Assembly: GCA_025201805.1 (NCBI GenBank)
Contig: MU619249.1
Location: 238,368-302,367, forward strand
Length of the DNA: 64,000 nt
Origin: Parasitella parasitica NRRL 2501
Lineage: Eukaryota; Fungi; Mucoromycota
Reading direction: 5' to 3'
The position numbers and the translations under genes are program-made. Below are positions 37,346 to 50,200 of the stretch, one piece after another; the first letter of the stretch is position 1; every line of letters starts with the position of its first letter. The notes beneath the pieces were generated by a model that was not told where the DNA came from, searched no databases, and saw only the letters and a list, made by a program, of their open reading frames with translations.

Positions 37346-38354
37346 TTGTGCCAGTGTCGAAAGGCGCAGCGAAATGTTGTGTGCATGTTACATGAAAAAG
37401 GTAAGAAAGACTTTTTTTCAGAATTGAACCAGATACAACACTAAAAAAATTTATTCACATAAGATATGGTCTCTATTACTACTAAAATATATCCAAATTC
37501 AAGGCTTATTCACATAACATCTGATGTGTGACAAGAAGTGTCATACGCTATTAAATCGCAGTATTTCCAGGGCAGACCTATTCTTCTATTTTACATTGAA
37601 GACAAGAATGGGTCGGATGTCTTCCAGACTTCCAGAATCTGATCTTGATATAACATTTAAATAAGACTAGAACCTTTCACGAGGTTCAACTAAAACTTGT
37701 AGCTTATTATTCCTTGTTTATAAAATAATTATCAATGAATAATACCACAATCCATACAACGTAAATATTTTATATATGACATATATAGACCATATCTGCA
37801 TACAACAATTTAATTTCGCTTGGGCCACCTGTTTATCAATACTTATCCGCAAAAACACTTTTATTTTTCAATTTTTATTATCAATATCAGATATTTGTGT
37901 GGTATCCATATAAAAGCTACATATGTTATATCTAACTTAGTCATAATGCACGGATCATGATATTAATTGTTGGTAATTCTTTTACAAATAAGGAATAAGC
38001 TACAAGTTGTAATTCGACCTCTTGCAAGGTTCCAGGCTTATTCAAAGAATACATCTAGATCAGATCGCGGGATGTCGGGAAGACATCCTACCCAATCTTC
38101 TCTTTAAAGTAAAATAGAAAGATAGGTCTGTCCTGGAAATGCTGTGATTTAATAAGGTTTGACACTTCTTGTCAAACATCAGATGTTATGTGGATAAACG
38201 TTGATTGAGATATATTTTAGTATAAATAGATATCATATCCTATGTCAATAAAAGTCTTCAGTTTTGTATCTGGTTTTATTTCAGAAAAGCCTTTATTACT
38301 TTATACAAATCATATTTACATAACATTACGCTGCGCCCTTTGACACTGGCACAA
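37346..38354. mobile_element. Foldback / MITE-like element with ~440 bp imperfect inverted arms
   Basis: ttgtgccagtgtcgaaaggcgcagcg... is the reverse complement of ...cgctgcgccctttgacactggcacaa. Internal arms also match, e.g. cataacatctgatgtgtgacaagaagtgtca vs tgacacttcttgtcaaacatcagatgttatg, and aacttgtagcttatt vs aataagctacaagtt. Confidence 0.85.
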
Positions 38355-39308
38355 CAATTACGCTCTGACATCTTTTGATTTAAAGGCTATTTATCCAATA
38401 TTAATTTATATTTCAATGATTGTTTTTCGGGAGAGATGAAATTTTTGTTTTTTTTTTAAGGATAATAGTATCCAGTGCCTAGTCCAGCTTATCTTGGATC
38501 AAAAAAGTACTTCTCTATCAATATTGAAAATAGGATAATTTGATAATTATAGGTTTGAGCACACTTAAGAAAGAGGTCATTTAGCTACAAGACAAATTTC
38601 TTTTGCGATTTTCATGGATACTAGTATTCCCTATAAGTTTCCATATAGGTTTAACTCGGAATATAGAAAACAACCACCAACTACCCAATGTGCCATTAAT
38701 TATAATACCAGAAATAAATTCCAAATTATGGTATATATTACTACAAGCCTTTAAAACATTCTAAGCAAGGTCTAGTAAACACTATGCTACCGTTTATAGT
38801 AGAGTTTGGTATATATACATCTAGTTGACTTGCTCTCGTAAGGATGGAGCTTGTACAAATTGCATCGTCAGTAAAATCAGCCTATAAATGCGTAAGCTTT
38901 TTTACTTTTGCACGATTATAAAGCCACATTTCATATCTACATCCAGATAAGAAAAAATTCGAACGAGATTATGATTATGTGTTTACCATGATAAATTATG
39001 CTCAATTACGTATTTCTGTGAGGAATCATCGCTTTTCAGTCAATCAAATAAAGAATGCTTACTGTCTTGTCAAAATAAAAAAAAACGGGCATTGGAAAAG
39101 CTACTTGGTTATTGTATATGTTTTTGGTTCTAATATCAAGAGTTGAACTGCATCAACAAGACGCATTTCATCGATCGTGCCTTTTGGATACTGACGATTC
39201 TAATGTGACTACAATAGGATATGATGGAAGTGACGTGAAGAAAAAGACCACCTTTCATTTTTTTTAAACACGAGCACTCGTCTTTATACTATTTGAAATT
39301 ATAATAAT

Positions 39309-40152
39309 ATGGCAACCAGCGCTATTGAAGGAGCAAGCAGACCGGATGTCGATATTGATGCACTTCCATGTAAGTGTTTTTTACTACATTAAATGAGTAG
39401 ATGACTAATTTTGTAATGATTCTAGATATCGACCATGAAATAGATGATGCAGGTAAGCGATGAAAAATAAGAGCAAAACGATAGCCAGTCGAAAACAATT
39501 GTTTGTCTTGTTATTAGAGACGAAAGCGACTGTTGAAAGGTTGATTGAGCAAGAGATGCGTCGAATGAAGAGGAAGGAGCGCTCGGATTTACCGTTAAGC
39601 ATTGATTTATTCGAAAACGATGAGATATTGAAGCAAGAAATTGAACGCATTAAAAGGAAAGAACAGCTTAATGCGTTGGACACGAAAAGATACGAGCTCC
39701 AAGGACCAGAAGACGAAAACAACCTAGAGGGTTGGAAAGCAGCTGTGAATAACACAAAGTCTCAACTTGAATCACAAGCTGGAAGGTAAATAAAGAGAGG
39801 GATACAACGAGTATATTGGAAAGACAAGCATTGACGTCTGATGTACTGTAGTATGTTCAATTTGGAACTACTTCAAAAATACGGTGCAAACGCATGGAGA
39901 GTACACAATTTTCAACTAGAGAAAGATCTAGCAGACATTAGAAAGAATACAGAAAACGTCCGCAACCAAATTCTCGAAATCAATAGAGAGCGTAAAAATG
40001 ATCAAACTCAAGCAGCAGCTTCACTTGCATCGCTAGAGAACAAATGGTCAGACTTGATTACTCAAAACTTGCAAGTCGAAATTGCTTGTGCAGCCCTTGA
40101 AAATGAAGTCGAGGAATTAAAAAGATACAAACAATCTTTGCAACAAAATTAA
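39309..40152 (+). CDS. SPF27: Pre-mRNA splicing factor SPF27/BCAS2 (Prp19 complex), 4 exons
   Basis: DIDALPYIDHE..VERLIEQEM; LDTKRYEL; NLELLQKYGANAW; INRERKNDQ; LENKWSDLITQNLQVEIAC. Confidence 0.92.
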
Positions 40153-40325
40153 ATAAATTTCGATAACGTGGAAGGTTTAGACGTGTATTGTATTCTACGA
40201 CTCATACGATTTACGTGAATTCGCATATTGTCATTCTTATTATTTTATTAGCACAAGTATTAGGTTGTAAGCAGAATGAGAGGGGATTATATCCAAGTGA
40301 ATGTAGTAAATTGTAGGAAAGAGAA

Positions 40326-41203
40326 TTAAGCAATTTTCTCTTCGGTTACAGAAGATATCTCTTGGATATCCTGACATGATTGATCTTCCTGATCAAAATC
40401 AATAGCATGCTTATCTCGACGAATACGCTTCAAATCAGACTGAAGGAATAATGCAGGCACAGCGCCACAGCAAGCCAAAACAATGGCATAAATAAGAGCA
40501 TGCTTCATATTGTAAGGGGGCGACGCATCAGGACCAGCACGCAAAGCATCCATGATAAACGTAGTAACAAAAGAGCTTACTTGGGAGAAAAGCCAGAGCA
40601 CTGATGCACTGACTGCTTCAGAAACGGGAAACGTACACTCTGCCGCCAGTTCTAATGAGACGGGGATAATAAGGAATACAAAGAAGCCGTTCAAAAAACA
40701 GGACACCATGACAAAAGAGTAGGAATTAGCCAAATCTGCAAGTGTCGAGACACGGATGAGCGATTACGTTACATATTCGAGTCATTAGCGATAGACATAC
40801 CTTGAACATACAGAATTACTGTTGTGACAACTGTCATGCAACAAGCTACTTTCAGTACAAGTGCATGTCTCCCCGTCCAGTCAGTGATTCGACCAGCAAT
40901 AATGGCACCTCCCACGCCACTGATGATCCTCACAAAGCTAAACAGCCCCACCTGCACATTGGTATAACCCTGAGGAGTAAATATAAGACTTGTGATTGAT
41001 ACGATCGAAGCAAACATGGCGAAATTGATGCTAAAGACAAAGATCAGCAATAGGTAATTTCTGCTTTTGAGCATGATCTTGAGACTCTGCCTGAACGTCG
41101 TACGATCCACTTTGGAGCTTTCGGTTGGGGGCACTTTAGGACCTGAAGGCAAAAATAAAAACGGGATGCCAAATGCTGTGGAAATGCAAGAAGTGATTAA
41201 AAG
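40326..41203 (-). CDS. MFS transporter (FLVCR/MFSD7-like), C-terminal half; 5' part lies in the N gap
   Basis: PKVPPTESS loop, multiple TM helices, AGRITDWTGRH and PVSLELAAECTFPVSE. Confidence 0.82.
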
Positions 41204-42159
41204 CTAATATAGAAGAAATGTTTAGTCATCTTTTTTTTTTTTTTTTTTNNNNNNNNNNNNNNNNNNNNNNNNNNNNNNNNNNNNNNNNNNNNNNNNNNNN
41301 NNNNNNNNNNNNNNNNNNNNNNNNNNNNNNNNNNNNNNNNNNNNNNNNNNNNNNNNNNNNNNNNNNNNNNNNNNNNNNNNNNNNNNNNNNNNNNNNNNNN
41401 NNNNNNNNNNNNNNNNNNNNNNNNNNNNNNNNNNNNNNNNNNNNNNNNNNNNNNNNNNNNNNNNNNNNNNNNNNNNNNNNNNNNNNNNNNNNNNNNNNNN
41501 NNNNNNNNNNNNNNNNNNNNNNNNNNNNNNNNNNNNNNNNNNNNNNNNNNNNNNNNNNNNNNNNNNNNNNNNNNNNNNNNNNNNNNNNNNNNNNNNNNNN
41601 NNNNNNNNNNNNNNNNNNNNNNNNNNNNNNNNNNNNNNNNNNNNNNNNNNNNNNNNNNNNNNNNNNNNNNNNNNNNNNNNNNNNNNNNNNNNNNNNNNNN
41701 NNNNNNNNNNNNNNNNNNNNNNNNNNNNNNNNNNNNNNNNNNNNNNNNNNNNNNNNNNNNNNNNNNNNNNNNNNNNNNNNNNNNNNNNNNNNNNNNNNNN
41801 NNNNNNNNNNNNNNNNNNNNNNNNNNNNNNNNNNNNNNNNNNNNNNNNNNNNNNNNNNNNNNNNNNNNNNNNNNNNNNNNNNNNNNNNNNNNNNNNNNNN
41901 NNNNNNNNNNNNNNNNNNNNNNNNNNNNNNNNNNNNNNNNNNNNNNNNNNNNNNNNNNNNNNNNNNNNNNNNNNNNNNNNNNNNNNNNNNNNNNNNNNNN
42001 NNNNNNNNNNNNNNNNNNNNNNNNNNNNNNNNNNNNNNNNNNNNNNNNNNNNNNNNNNNNNNNNNNNNNNNNNNNNNNNNNNNNNNNNNNNNNNNNNNNN
42101 NNNNNNNNNNNNNNNNNNNNNNNNNNNNNNNNNNNNNNNNNNNTTCAAGACACCAACGA

Positions 42160-43158
42160 CTAATTTGCTCTGTAGCGCCTAATCTCCTCTCGAGTGATAT
42201 GCTCAGGCAAGCCTCGATCACGTCGCCACTGCACAAATCCATCATAGTTTTTGATGCCATGCTCTTTAACTGCTTTGCGGTAAATATGGAGCTCTGTCCC
42301 AAGTCTGCGTTTGTGATTAGAGAACCAATAGGTAACATTGCGAGAATTCAAGCCTGTCTCCTCAATGACAAGCTCACGCTGCTCTTTCGTCAATTTGCAC
42401 TGTTTGCTGTAAAAGTCGAAGAAGGCTCTTTTCAAGTAGGCCGTTGTTTTGGCGTCGTATGAGGTTGAGGTGCGCTTGTTCTTTGCATTTGTTTTCTTTT
42501 TGCTTAATCTGGATTTGGATCTGGATCTGGATCTGGATTTGGTTGGGATGATGATGGCCGTTTTAGAGACAGTTTCCTGCCCAGCAGCAGTTGATGAGAG
42601 TGGCTCCGTGATATCCTCCCGTTGTTCTTGCTGGCGTGATTGGTCTGAATTACCTGATTCCTGATCTTGCAAAGACGACACATCGTCGAACTCTGATTCT
42701 GTATCGTCAGTTTCATCGCCACCACTGCTACTAGAAATGGTGTTTGGGGAAGACGCCTGCTGTGGTGCATGGTGGTGGTGTGCCAAAGCATCTGATTGTT
42801 GTGATGCGACATCTACAACAGGAAGCCCAGTAATAGTGGTAGTAGTAGTAGTCTTAGTTATGACAGTAATAGTGCCAGTACCTGAAATTGGCGTTACTTT
42901 AGACCTTGAGCTACTTGACTCTGATAATTTCGAAAGCTTTAAATTTACATCCTCAGGCTGAATGCATAAGATGGATCGATTTGCTGCTACTAAATGTTGA
43001 TGGTACATGGCCGAATGGAGATCAATGTGGCCTCGGATGAACGAGTGTGTTTGGCATTGCCTAATTGAAGGAACATCTTGCCCATCTGCAAGCTCGGCCA
43101 TAGTTTCAACTGGTGGTGAGCCTTGCCAATCAGTGTCTGTTTCAGGCTGTTGTGCCAT
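42160..43158 (-). CDS. Homeodomain transcription factor
   Basis: KRTSTSYDAKTTAYLKRAF..LTKEQRELVIEETGLNSRNVTYWFSNHKRR homeodomain after a Ser/Thr-rich disordered region. Confidence 0.85.
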   Translation of the reverse strand: MAQQPETDTDWQGSPPVETMAELADGQDVPSIRQCQTHSFIRGHIDLHSAMYHQHLVAANRSILCIQPEDVNLKLSKLSESSSSRSKVTPISGTGTITVITKTTTTTTITGLPVVDVASQQSDALAHHHHAPQQASSPNTISSSSGGDETDDTESEFDDVSSLQDQESGNSDQSRQQEQREDITEPLSSTAAGQETVSKTAIIIPTKSRSRSRSKSRLSKKKTNAKNKRTSTSYDAKTTAYLKRAFFDFYSKQCKLTKEQRELVIEETGLNSRNVTYWFSNHKRRLGTELHIYRKAVKEHGIKNYDGFVQWRRDRGLPEHITREEIRRYRAN

Positions 43159-43562
43159 TTTAAAGTTAGCGAAGAAGAAGAAGAAGAAAAAANNNNNNNN
43201 NNNNNNNNNNNNNNNNNNNNNNAAAAAAAAAAAGAGACAACAAAATGATAAATAATAATAAACGGCTGTATATATACGTTACGACAAATGTTGTCAATGG
43301 TTCCAGGTCCAAGCGCAATGCTCGATCTAACTGTGCATGTAAAACACCAGGTTCGTTGCTACACGGCGATGCCTTTCAGCATAATCAACATGTATCAAGG
43401 CACCAACTGTCAACATAATGAAACCGAGCATGAGCACACATGAAAAATTGGATATATTGTCCAAGGTCTGACACAATGATACATCTGCAAACATGATATT
43501 TTTCATGCATTTGAAATATAGCCTGACAACTTTTTTTTTTTTTTTTTTTTCCATATTTATTA

Positions 43563-44870
43563 TTACACAGAAGACTCGGGATCAATGTTTCTTAAAGGCA
43601 TAAATCGACCTCTATCATTGCTGCTTTTTAATAGTCCAGACAATGCAGCCAGATGGTTTCTTCTTCGTTTTGTCCTGACAAACAGCAAGAATGCAATAGA
43701 GACGATGACAGTAGCAGTCAAGCCAAAGTAGACGAAATGAGTTGTGGTTCCTGATGCTGCTTGTGGTCGATCATCACCACCCACCAAGTCGTGGAGCTGC
43801 TGCTCTTCTTGCTGCTCTTCTTGCTGGTTTTGCTCTTGAGCCTTTTCGTCGTTCAGCTTTTTGATGATGCGGTTGATTTCGCCTGTGTTTCTCTTTGGCT
43901 TGTATATGGGCGATTTGTAAGGCGAATGAGGCTCTTGAAGGAGCTGATTTACGTCTACTACATCGCTAAGATAGGTCTCAGGAGCCAAGGAGCCTGCCAT
44001 TAAAATACTATTGGCAATCAGTCGATGAACACCTCCTGTCAAATGAGTCTTGTCCCACCAAACATAAGAGTCGATTTCGTCAGAGCACTGGCCCTGACAA
44101 GCATCCCAATAGGGCTCTTTGGCATTGATGATCTCAAACATGGCAGGGTGTTCAACAATATCGTCAAGCATTTTGTGGATGTCGACCAGATCCAATTCCA
44201 ACGACTGAAGATGTTTGTTCATTTTCTCGACTTCCTTGGTGAGCAGCTCGTCCAGCTGGTTGGCAGCTTTCTCTCTACTAGCTGCCAGTTTGGTGTTGGC
44301 GTAAAAGGGCATGCGCTCCAAGGGCGGTATCCCCATCACAATAAATTTGTTGGACGAGAATATTCTGCGGAAATTCCTCTAGACAAAAGATTACATGTCA
44401 GTGTTGGAGTGGTGCGGAGAGAACAATCAATATGCAGCACTTACGATGTTTGTCCCAATGCAGTCCACCACCCTCTCATAATCTTGTGGCCTTCCCTTTT
44501 CGAGCATCTTGAACACATCGTTCACTCCAACCCAAAAGATAACTGCCGTTTCCTGCATATCCAAGTCTCTGAGATTCTTCTGGTCGTAGAACATTTCCAC
44601 TTGGTCAGTGATGCTCGGGATAAATTCCTCGTTTTGCTGCTGACTGGAATACATGTCGTTGTTGCAAACCGCTCCACTGAAAGCAAAGCTGTATAGGGAT
44701 GCGTTCCACCCGACAGCCAAGTCTTCGCTCCAAACAGGCCCGTTTGTCAGTCGCTGATTGTTCCCCACATCTGAAAAGGAGTCCCCAAATACGACGATAT
44801 TCCTGATTCTCTCTTCCTTGGCCAGCGTGAATGGTAACATAAACGTCAACAATACAATATGTACAAGCAT
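43563..44870 (-). CDS. GDSL/SGNH esterase (CE16-like) with signal peptide and C-terminal TM helix, 2 exons
   Basis: MLVHIVLLTFMLPFTLA; VVFGDSFSDVGN; TNGPVWSE; FAFSGA; FWVGVND; WWDKTHLT; TM FVYFGLTATVIVSIAFLLFV. Confidence 0.9.
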
Positions 44871-45361
44871 TCTATGGTCTATATTTTGTATGATATTGTG
44901 CAGTCTAGCGCAGGAAAAAGAAAAAAAAAAAAAAAAAAAAAATGGAAAAAGGAGTAAAATAATGGAAAAATCAAGTTGAAAGGACAAAGGAGGCTCACTA
45001 CGCAAAGCCTTTCTGTTTTGGTATCGTTCATTGAAATTGGATCGACAACCATTCATCAAGACATCTTTGATTCTAGTCCACCGCATTTGCAGCGTATAAA
45101 ACTGGGCGTCTGCTACCGTACCATATCTATGTGACAATGCATTTGATGCTGGGTGTCCAATCGACAGCATTACGGTAGATGCTTTGTGATTGGATTCAGA
45201 GTAAAACCTTTGTAACCGATTTGGCAGCTGTTCTTCTTTTTTTGGCTCTTCTCAAGCCAGATTGCGTCGACAAAAGTACTGGAGACCGAGCTATTTAGCA
45301 AGAATCCCGTATTGGATCCAGCATTTGTGCTACTCGTACATATGACACCGATGGTAAAAAC

Positions 45362-46252
45362 TTGGAGCCGAGGCGCTTCCAGTTTAGATACAGCCTGCTG
45401 CTGTATTTGCAGGGTATTTTCTGGATGGTGCCGTGGCTGCAGATCACCATGTCAAGCGTGCTCAGCAGTTTTGACGATATTGCAACTGAGTTTACGCAGT
45501 TTCGGATCTCTACCAGCAGCGTGATGGCAGGATACCAAAGCAGTTTAACTCAAGTGGTACCAATCGTAGCTGCTCCTTCATTAGGCATTTATGTACATAC
45601 ATATGGCAAGCATTTATACATATTGGGTGCAGGTACAGCTATTTTAATCATTAGCATCATACTGCTAGCATACACCTGGGTTCCACCTACAGCCGGCATG
45701 ACATTGATGTCATTTGCCCTTTCCCTTGGACCCATTGCGTTGCTCACAAGCACGTCTCTGCTTTTGCCGTATGAGCTCGTTGGAGTTGGCGTCGTTCTGC
45801 ACAAATGTGCGAATAATACTGGCACCACCGTCCTGTCTGTTATTGTCGGCCAAGTGCAAGACTTGACCTTCCACGACGGGGATGCTTCTGATGATCAGGT
45901 GGACCTGCAGCACGAATATGATTATGTGATGATACTTTACCTACTTGTAAGCTGTATTTCCTTGGTATTGGCGTTGTTGTTCTGGTTTCTGGGGTAGGCA
46001 GTCTCTAGGCAGGTGGCTGCAAGTGGATCGCAAAGAAAGGGAAAAGAGACTAAAAGCAGCGAAATCGTACAGAAAACAGCAAACGACAGTAAAGTTGATA
46101 GGAAGTCTGCTAAAGACCAGCAGGTCGTACGTCCATGTGGGTTCTTTTTGTTGATTGCCTGGATAGTCTTTTTCACCTTTGCATCAATGTCCTGTATACC
46201 AGAACTACACTCTTTTGAATCGCACATGAATATTTTTAAGGGGCTAAAGTGA
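45362..46252 (+). pseudogene. Truncated, frameshifted MFS transporter (MFSD1-like) remnant
   Basis: Only C-terminal TM helices are present, with no ATG start or N-terminal half. Stop at 45995-45997. The plausible continuation (RWLQVDRKEREKRLKAAK) is in a shifted frame. Confidence 0.65.
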
Positions 46253-46255
46253 GCA

Positions 46256-46286
<31 letters not shown>

Positions 46287-46612
46287 NNNNNNNNNNNNNN
46301 NNNNNNTACAAATATGATGTCGTTGGACATAAGCATTCTTGATTGCAAAGCTTGTCGTTCCAAACATGTGTACACTTGCGTGCTCCGTCAGTTGTGCTTT
46401 ACTACGAGCGACTGTTACATTATACTAAAACAAGCATTAGGCCGAAAGCCTGTTCCAAGTAACACCTACACTAAAATGCACACTATAGTTCATGCAACCC
46501 ACAAAACCTTTTTGTTTTCTGCATTTTGTGTTCAAAGCGCTGTTATTTGCAGCACTGAAAATGGAGTATAAAAAACTCCTCCAAATCCTCCAAATCCTGT
46601 TTTTCTTTCCAT

Positions 46613-46643
<31 letters not shown>

Positions 46644-46648
46644 GAAAT

Positions 46649-48999
46649 ATGTCTTCACCTTTACCAGTGAATGCAAAGCAAGGCTACAGAGAAGGAGGCT
46701 CGTATATCAACGATTCGTCTGTCTTGTCAAGCTCCATGGACAGAGTCAACTCGACTGCTCGCCTAGGCTCCTCTCCAATACCCGCCAATGTTTACGGCTC
46801 TTCCCCCAAAAGCATCCGCTCTCACCAGACTTATGGCTCTACCGACCTAGAAAATGTACTGACAAACAACAGTGGCGGTTTATTCAGACCTCTTTCAACC
46901 GCTACTTTCAATCCTGAAGATGGCACAGTCAGCGTAGACCTTCCTGAGGACCAAGTGGCCAAGGTGGTAAAGAGACATTTGGTCGACACCTCCCCCTCTC
47001 CGTCTCTGCTGAGCGGCTCTATCCATCGCAGCAATACCAACGAAGACGACCAAGGAAACAGCTCCAACGTGCGCAGTGTTCACCATCTTCCAGGCGGTGC
47101 TATCACGCATGATATTTACAAGTGGACAGAAGATGTTGAGAATGAACAGATCGCCCGACGTCAGCGATCGCAATCCTTCTATGTACCCCGTAGTGAACCT
47201 GTCGATCCTTCTTTGGCTAGATTGAAAGATCCGGGAGGATTCAGACGTCATTTCGTAGTCAAGAACGCAGCTCGTCAAGGTCGAGAACCCCCTCACTGGA
47301 TGACACGTACGTTTGTAGACTTTCTGGCTCTGTATGGCCATTTTGGTGGTGAGGATTTAAGCGATGACGAAGGCGACGATGATGATCTGGTGGAGGACGA
47401 GGATTATATAGAATCTGGTCTCAGACGACGTAGAAGAAGGTCGCAAGACGAGGATAATGAGGAGTCATCCCTTATTCGTAGAGCGCAAGCGAATGCCGTA
47501 CAAGGCACTGCTACGCCTGCTAAAGCTGTATTTTTACTACTCAAGTCATTTGTGGGAACAGGTGTCATGTTTTTGCCAAAAGCGTAAGTGTCATCAAAGA
47601 TCAACACATGATTAACTGCTAAACTTTGCTCGGCTGTAGTTTTCACAACGGCGGGCTCTTGTTTTCTACAGGCTTGCTGTCTGCAATTGCCCTCATTTCA
47701 TTATACACATTTTTATTGCTGGTGGAGACTCGTAACAAGGTACGTTTGGCTTAGTTCTATGCACGCTCAAAAACTGTCAATCTAAATGATATCATATGCA
47801 CTCGTGTGAAAAAAAGCTACTTGCATCTTTTGGCGACATAGGCAGCATCTTGTATGGCCAAAAAATGAGGTTTGCTGTGTTGACAGCCATCACATTTTCT
47901 CAGGTAAAAACAGTGACATATCGTTGTAGATCGGGAGACGACGACCAACACTTTGTATACATAGATTGGGTTTGTCTGCGCCTATATGGTATTTGTCGCT
48001 CAAAATGTGCAGGCGCTACTAGAATCGGTATCGCAATGCAGTTTGAGAGCGCCATTACCCTATCTTATCCTTGGCCAAATCGCCATCTTTGTGCCTCTTG
48101 CCATGATTCGTAAAATACAGAAACTGTCAGCCTTTGCTCTCATTGCGGATCTATTTATTCTGATTGGGCTAGTCTACCTTTACTATTACGATTTCCTTAC
48201 ATTGTCAAGTCAAGGTGTTGCCGATGTGGAGTGGGTCATCAATTATGAATCATTCCCAATGTTTATCGGAACAGCAGTGTTTACATATGAAGGAGTTGGT
48301 TTAGGTAATATTACTTGAAAAAAAAAAAAAAAAAAGGGGGGGGGGGTTGCCATGAACTAAAGGGATTAATTGCCCAATTTGATTAATTGTTGATATCTAG
48401 TTATCCCGATCACTGAATCGATGGCAGAGCCAGAGAAATTCCCCAAAGTATTGTCGGGCACCATGGTATTTATTACCGGTATATTTTTATCCGTTGGGTT
48501 CTTTTCGTATTTGGCCTTTGGTAGCGAAGTACAAACTGTGATTTTGCTGAACATGCCTGGTACGGCTGTCGTAAACACAGTTCAGGGATTATATGCACTA
48601 GCAATTTGTTTGTCCATTCCCCTTCAATTGTTCCCTGCCATTCGTATTGTAGAAAATGGGCTGTTCACTCGATCTGGAAAATACAACAATACCGTCAAAT
48701 GGCAAAAGAATGTGTTTCGATTTGCTTCTGTCTTGGTTTGTGCATGTATTGCCATCGGTGGATCAGGCGATTTGGATAAATTCGTCTCTTTGGTTGGCTC
48801 GTTATGCTGCGTACCTCTCTGCTTCATCTTCCCCCCGCTGTTTCACTTGAAGGCCATTGCAAGAACATGGCGGCAAAGAGCAATCGATACTGCTATCATC
48901 ATCTTTGGTGTGCTATCAATGACATATACCACAGCTATCACAATTGCCCTATGGTCTCAAGGTGGTGAGGCTGCTCCTATCTCGAGGTGTCCTACTTAG
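46649..48999 (+). CDS. Vacuolar amino acid transporter Avt3/Avt4 family, multi-exon
   Basis: LPGGAITHDIYKW, PGGFRRHF, FVDFLALYGHFGGEDL, KAVFLLLKSFVGTGVMFLPKA, FTYEGVGL, PLQLFPAIRI and SGKYN. Confidence 0.93.
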
Positions 49000-50024
49000 A
49001 AACACACCAGAACACATCAAACACACATTTAGCCTCTGTTTGCATATTTACATTTAATAAAAGAAAGAAAAAAAAAAAACGTTGGCGCAATTTGCCAGGT
49101 AGTAGATTTGGCTTAACCAATCTTCTTGGTCCCGTCTGCGCTGGATGCTTTGCTTCTTAAAAAATTAAAAAAAATAAATTAAAAGGATGCATTAAGACCA
49201 CTTTATGCGCAATAGACGAGTCAAGTAAAATCAACAAATAAATAAAGTGTATGGTAGTGTTGCGTGGACCGATATTTACCTGATATAGGATTTAAAACTA
49301 AGCGATTACTCAATACGAATATACACCACACAACAGAGATATAACCAAAGCTACCAAAACTAATGGTTATGGGAATAAAGACTCTTGTTTATTTGTTTAA
49401 CTATGATAACTTATATAATATTTATATGGGGGGGGGTGTTCTGATCGTTTGACTACTATGTGGGGGAGGCAAAGAGACGACCTGGTATGCGCCACCACAC
49501 AACAGTAGTGAATAGTTTCGCTATTTAGGCTAAAAAAAACATGTTTTAATTATTGGTTAAATTAATAATAAGGTTTACAATAGTGAAATGTTCTTGTGGG
49601 AAAGTTGGTTTAGTTTATACAACTTGTTGCTTTCCAATTTTGATAAGAAGTTGCCAAAATCAATAACAAATGAAATGATTCTAGCATATTCTTTTGAGGT
49701 AGTTCACCCAATATTCTTAACTACATACATCCTACCCCCATGTATGATAGTCCAAATCAGCATGGTCTTCTGAAATTTGGTTTACTGCAAATACGTTTTG
49801 TCCTGTTCCGCATTTGCTTTCAGTCTTCTTTGAAGAACTGAGACAAAATTCGTTCTCATTCTTGTAATTTTGAAGTAGCCAATTATCGGCGTTCCTAAGT
49901 AATCGATTTCAGCCTTTCCATAAGGCTAATTTGAATGTTTAAACGTAAAAGTTACTAACCATAGAGGAATAGCGTCGGTCTCGGCTCTACGGTTCATTTA
50001 GCAGAAGTTATGACCAAATGCCAA

Positions 50025-50200
50025 AACTTTTGATAGACACAAACCCCGGGGGAAATCAAGTAATGCTCAGAAAGCCCTGATCATATCTGTTATAATCAAG
50101 CTAAGAACAGATGTCCCAAGTTTAGAGTGAGAATACCAGCACAATCAGGGCTATCTGAGCTTTGCTTGAGTCCCACTGAACGAAAGGTCTATCAAAAGTT
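50025..50200. repeat. ~176 bp nested inverted repeat (MITE-like or structured RNA)
   Basis: aacttttgatagac/gtctatcaaaagtt (14 bp perfect) and tcaagtaatgctcagaaagccctgat/atcagggctatctgagctttgcttga (23/26). Confidence 0.75.

Noticed and set aside
41218-42462. Long ORFs of X residues
   Set aside because: Artefacts of the ~900 nt N gap.
49600-49930. Possible transposase-like remnant on the minus strand
   Set aside because: No convincing DDE or RT motif in any frame.
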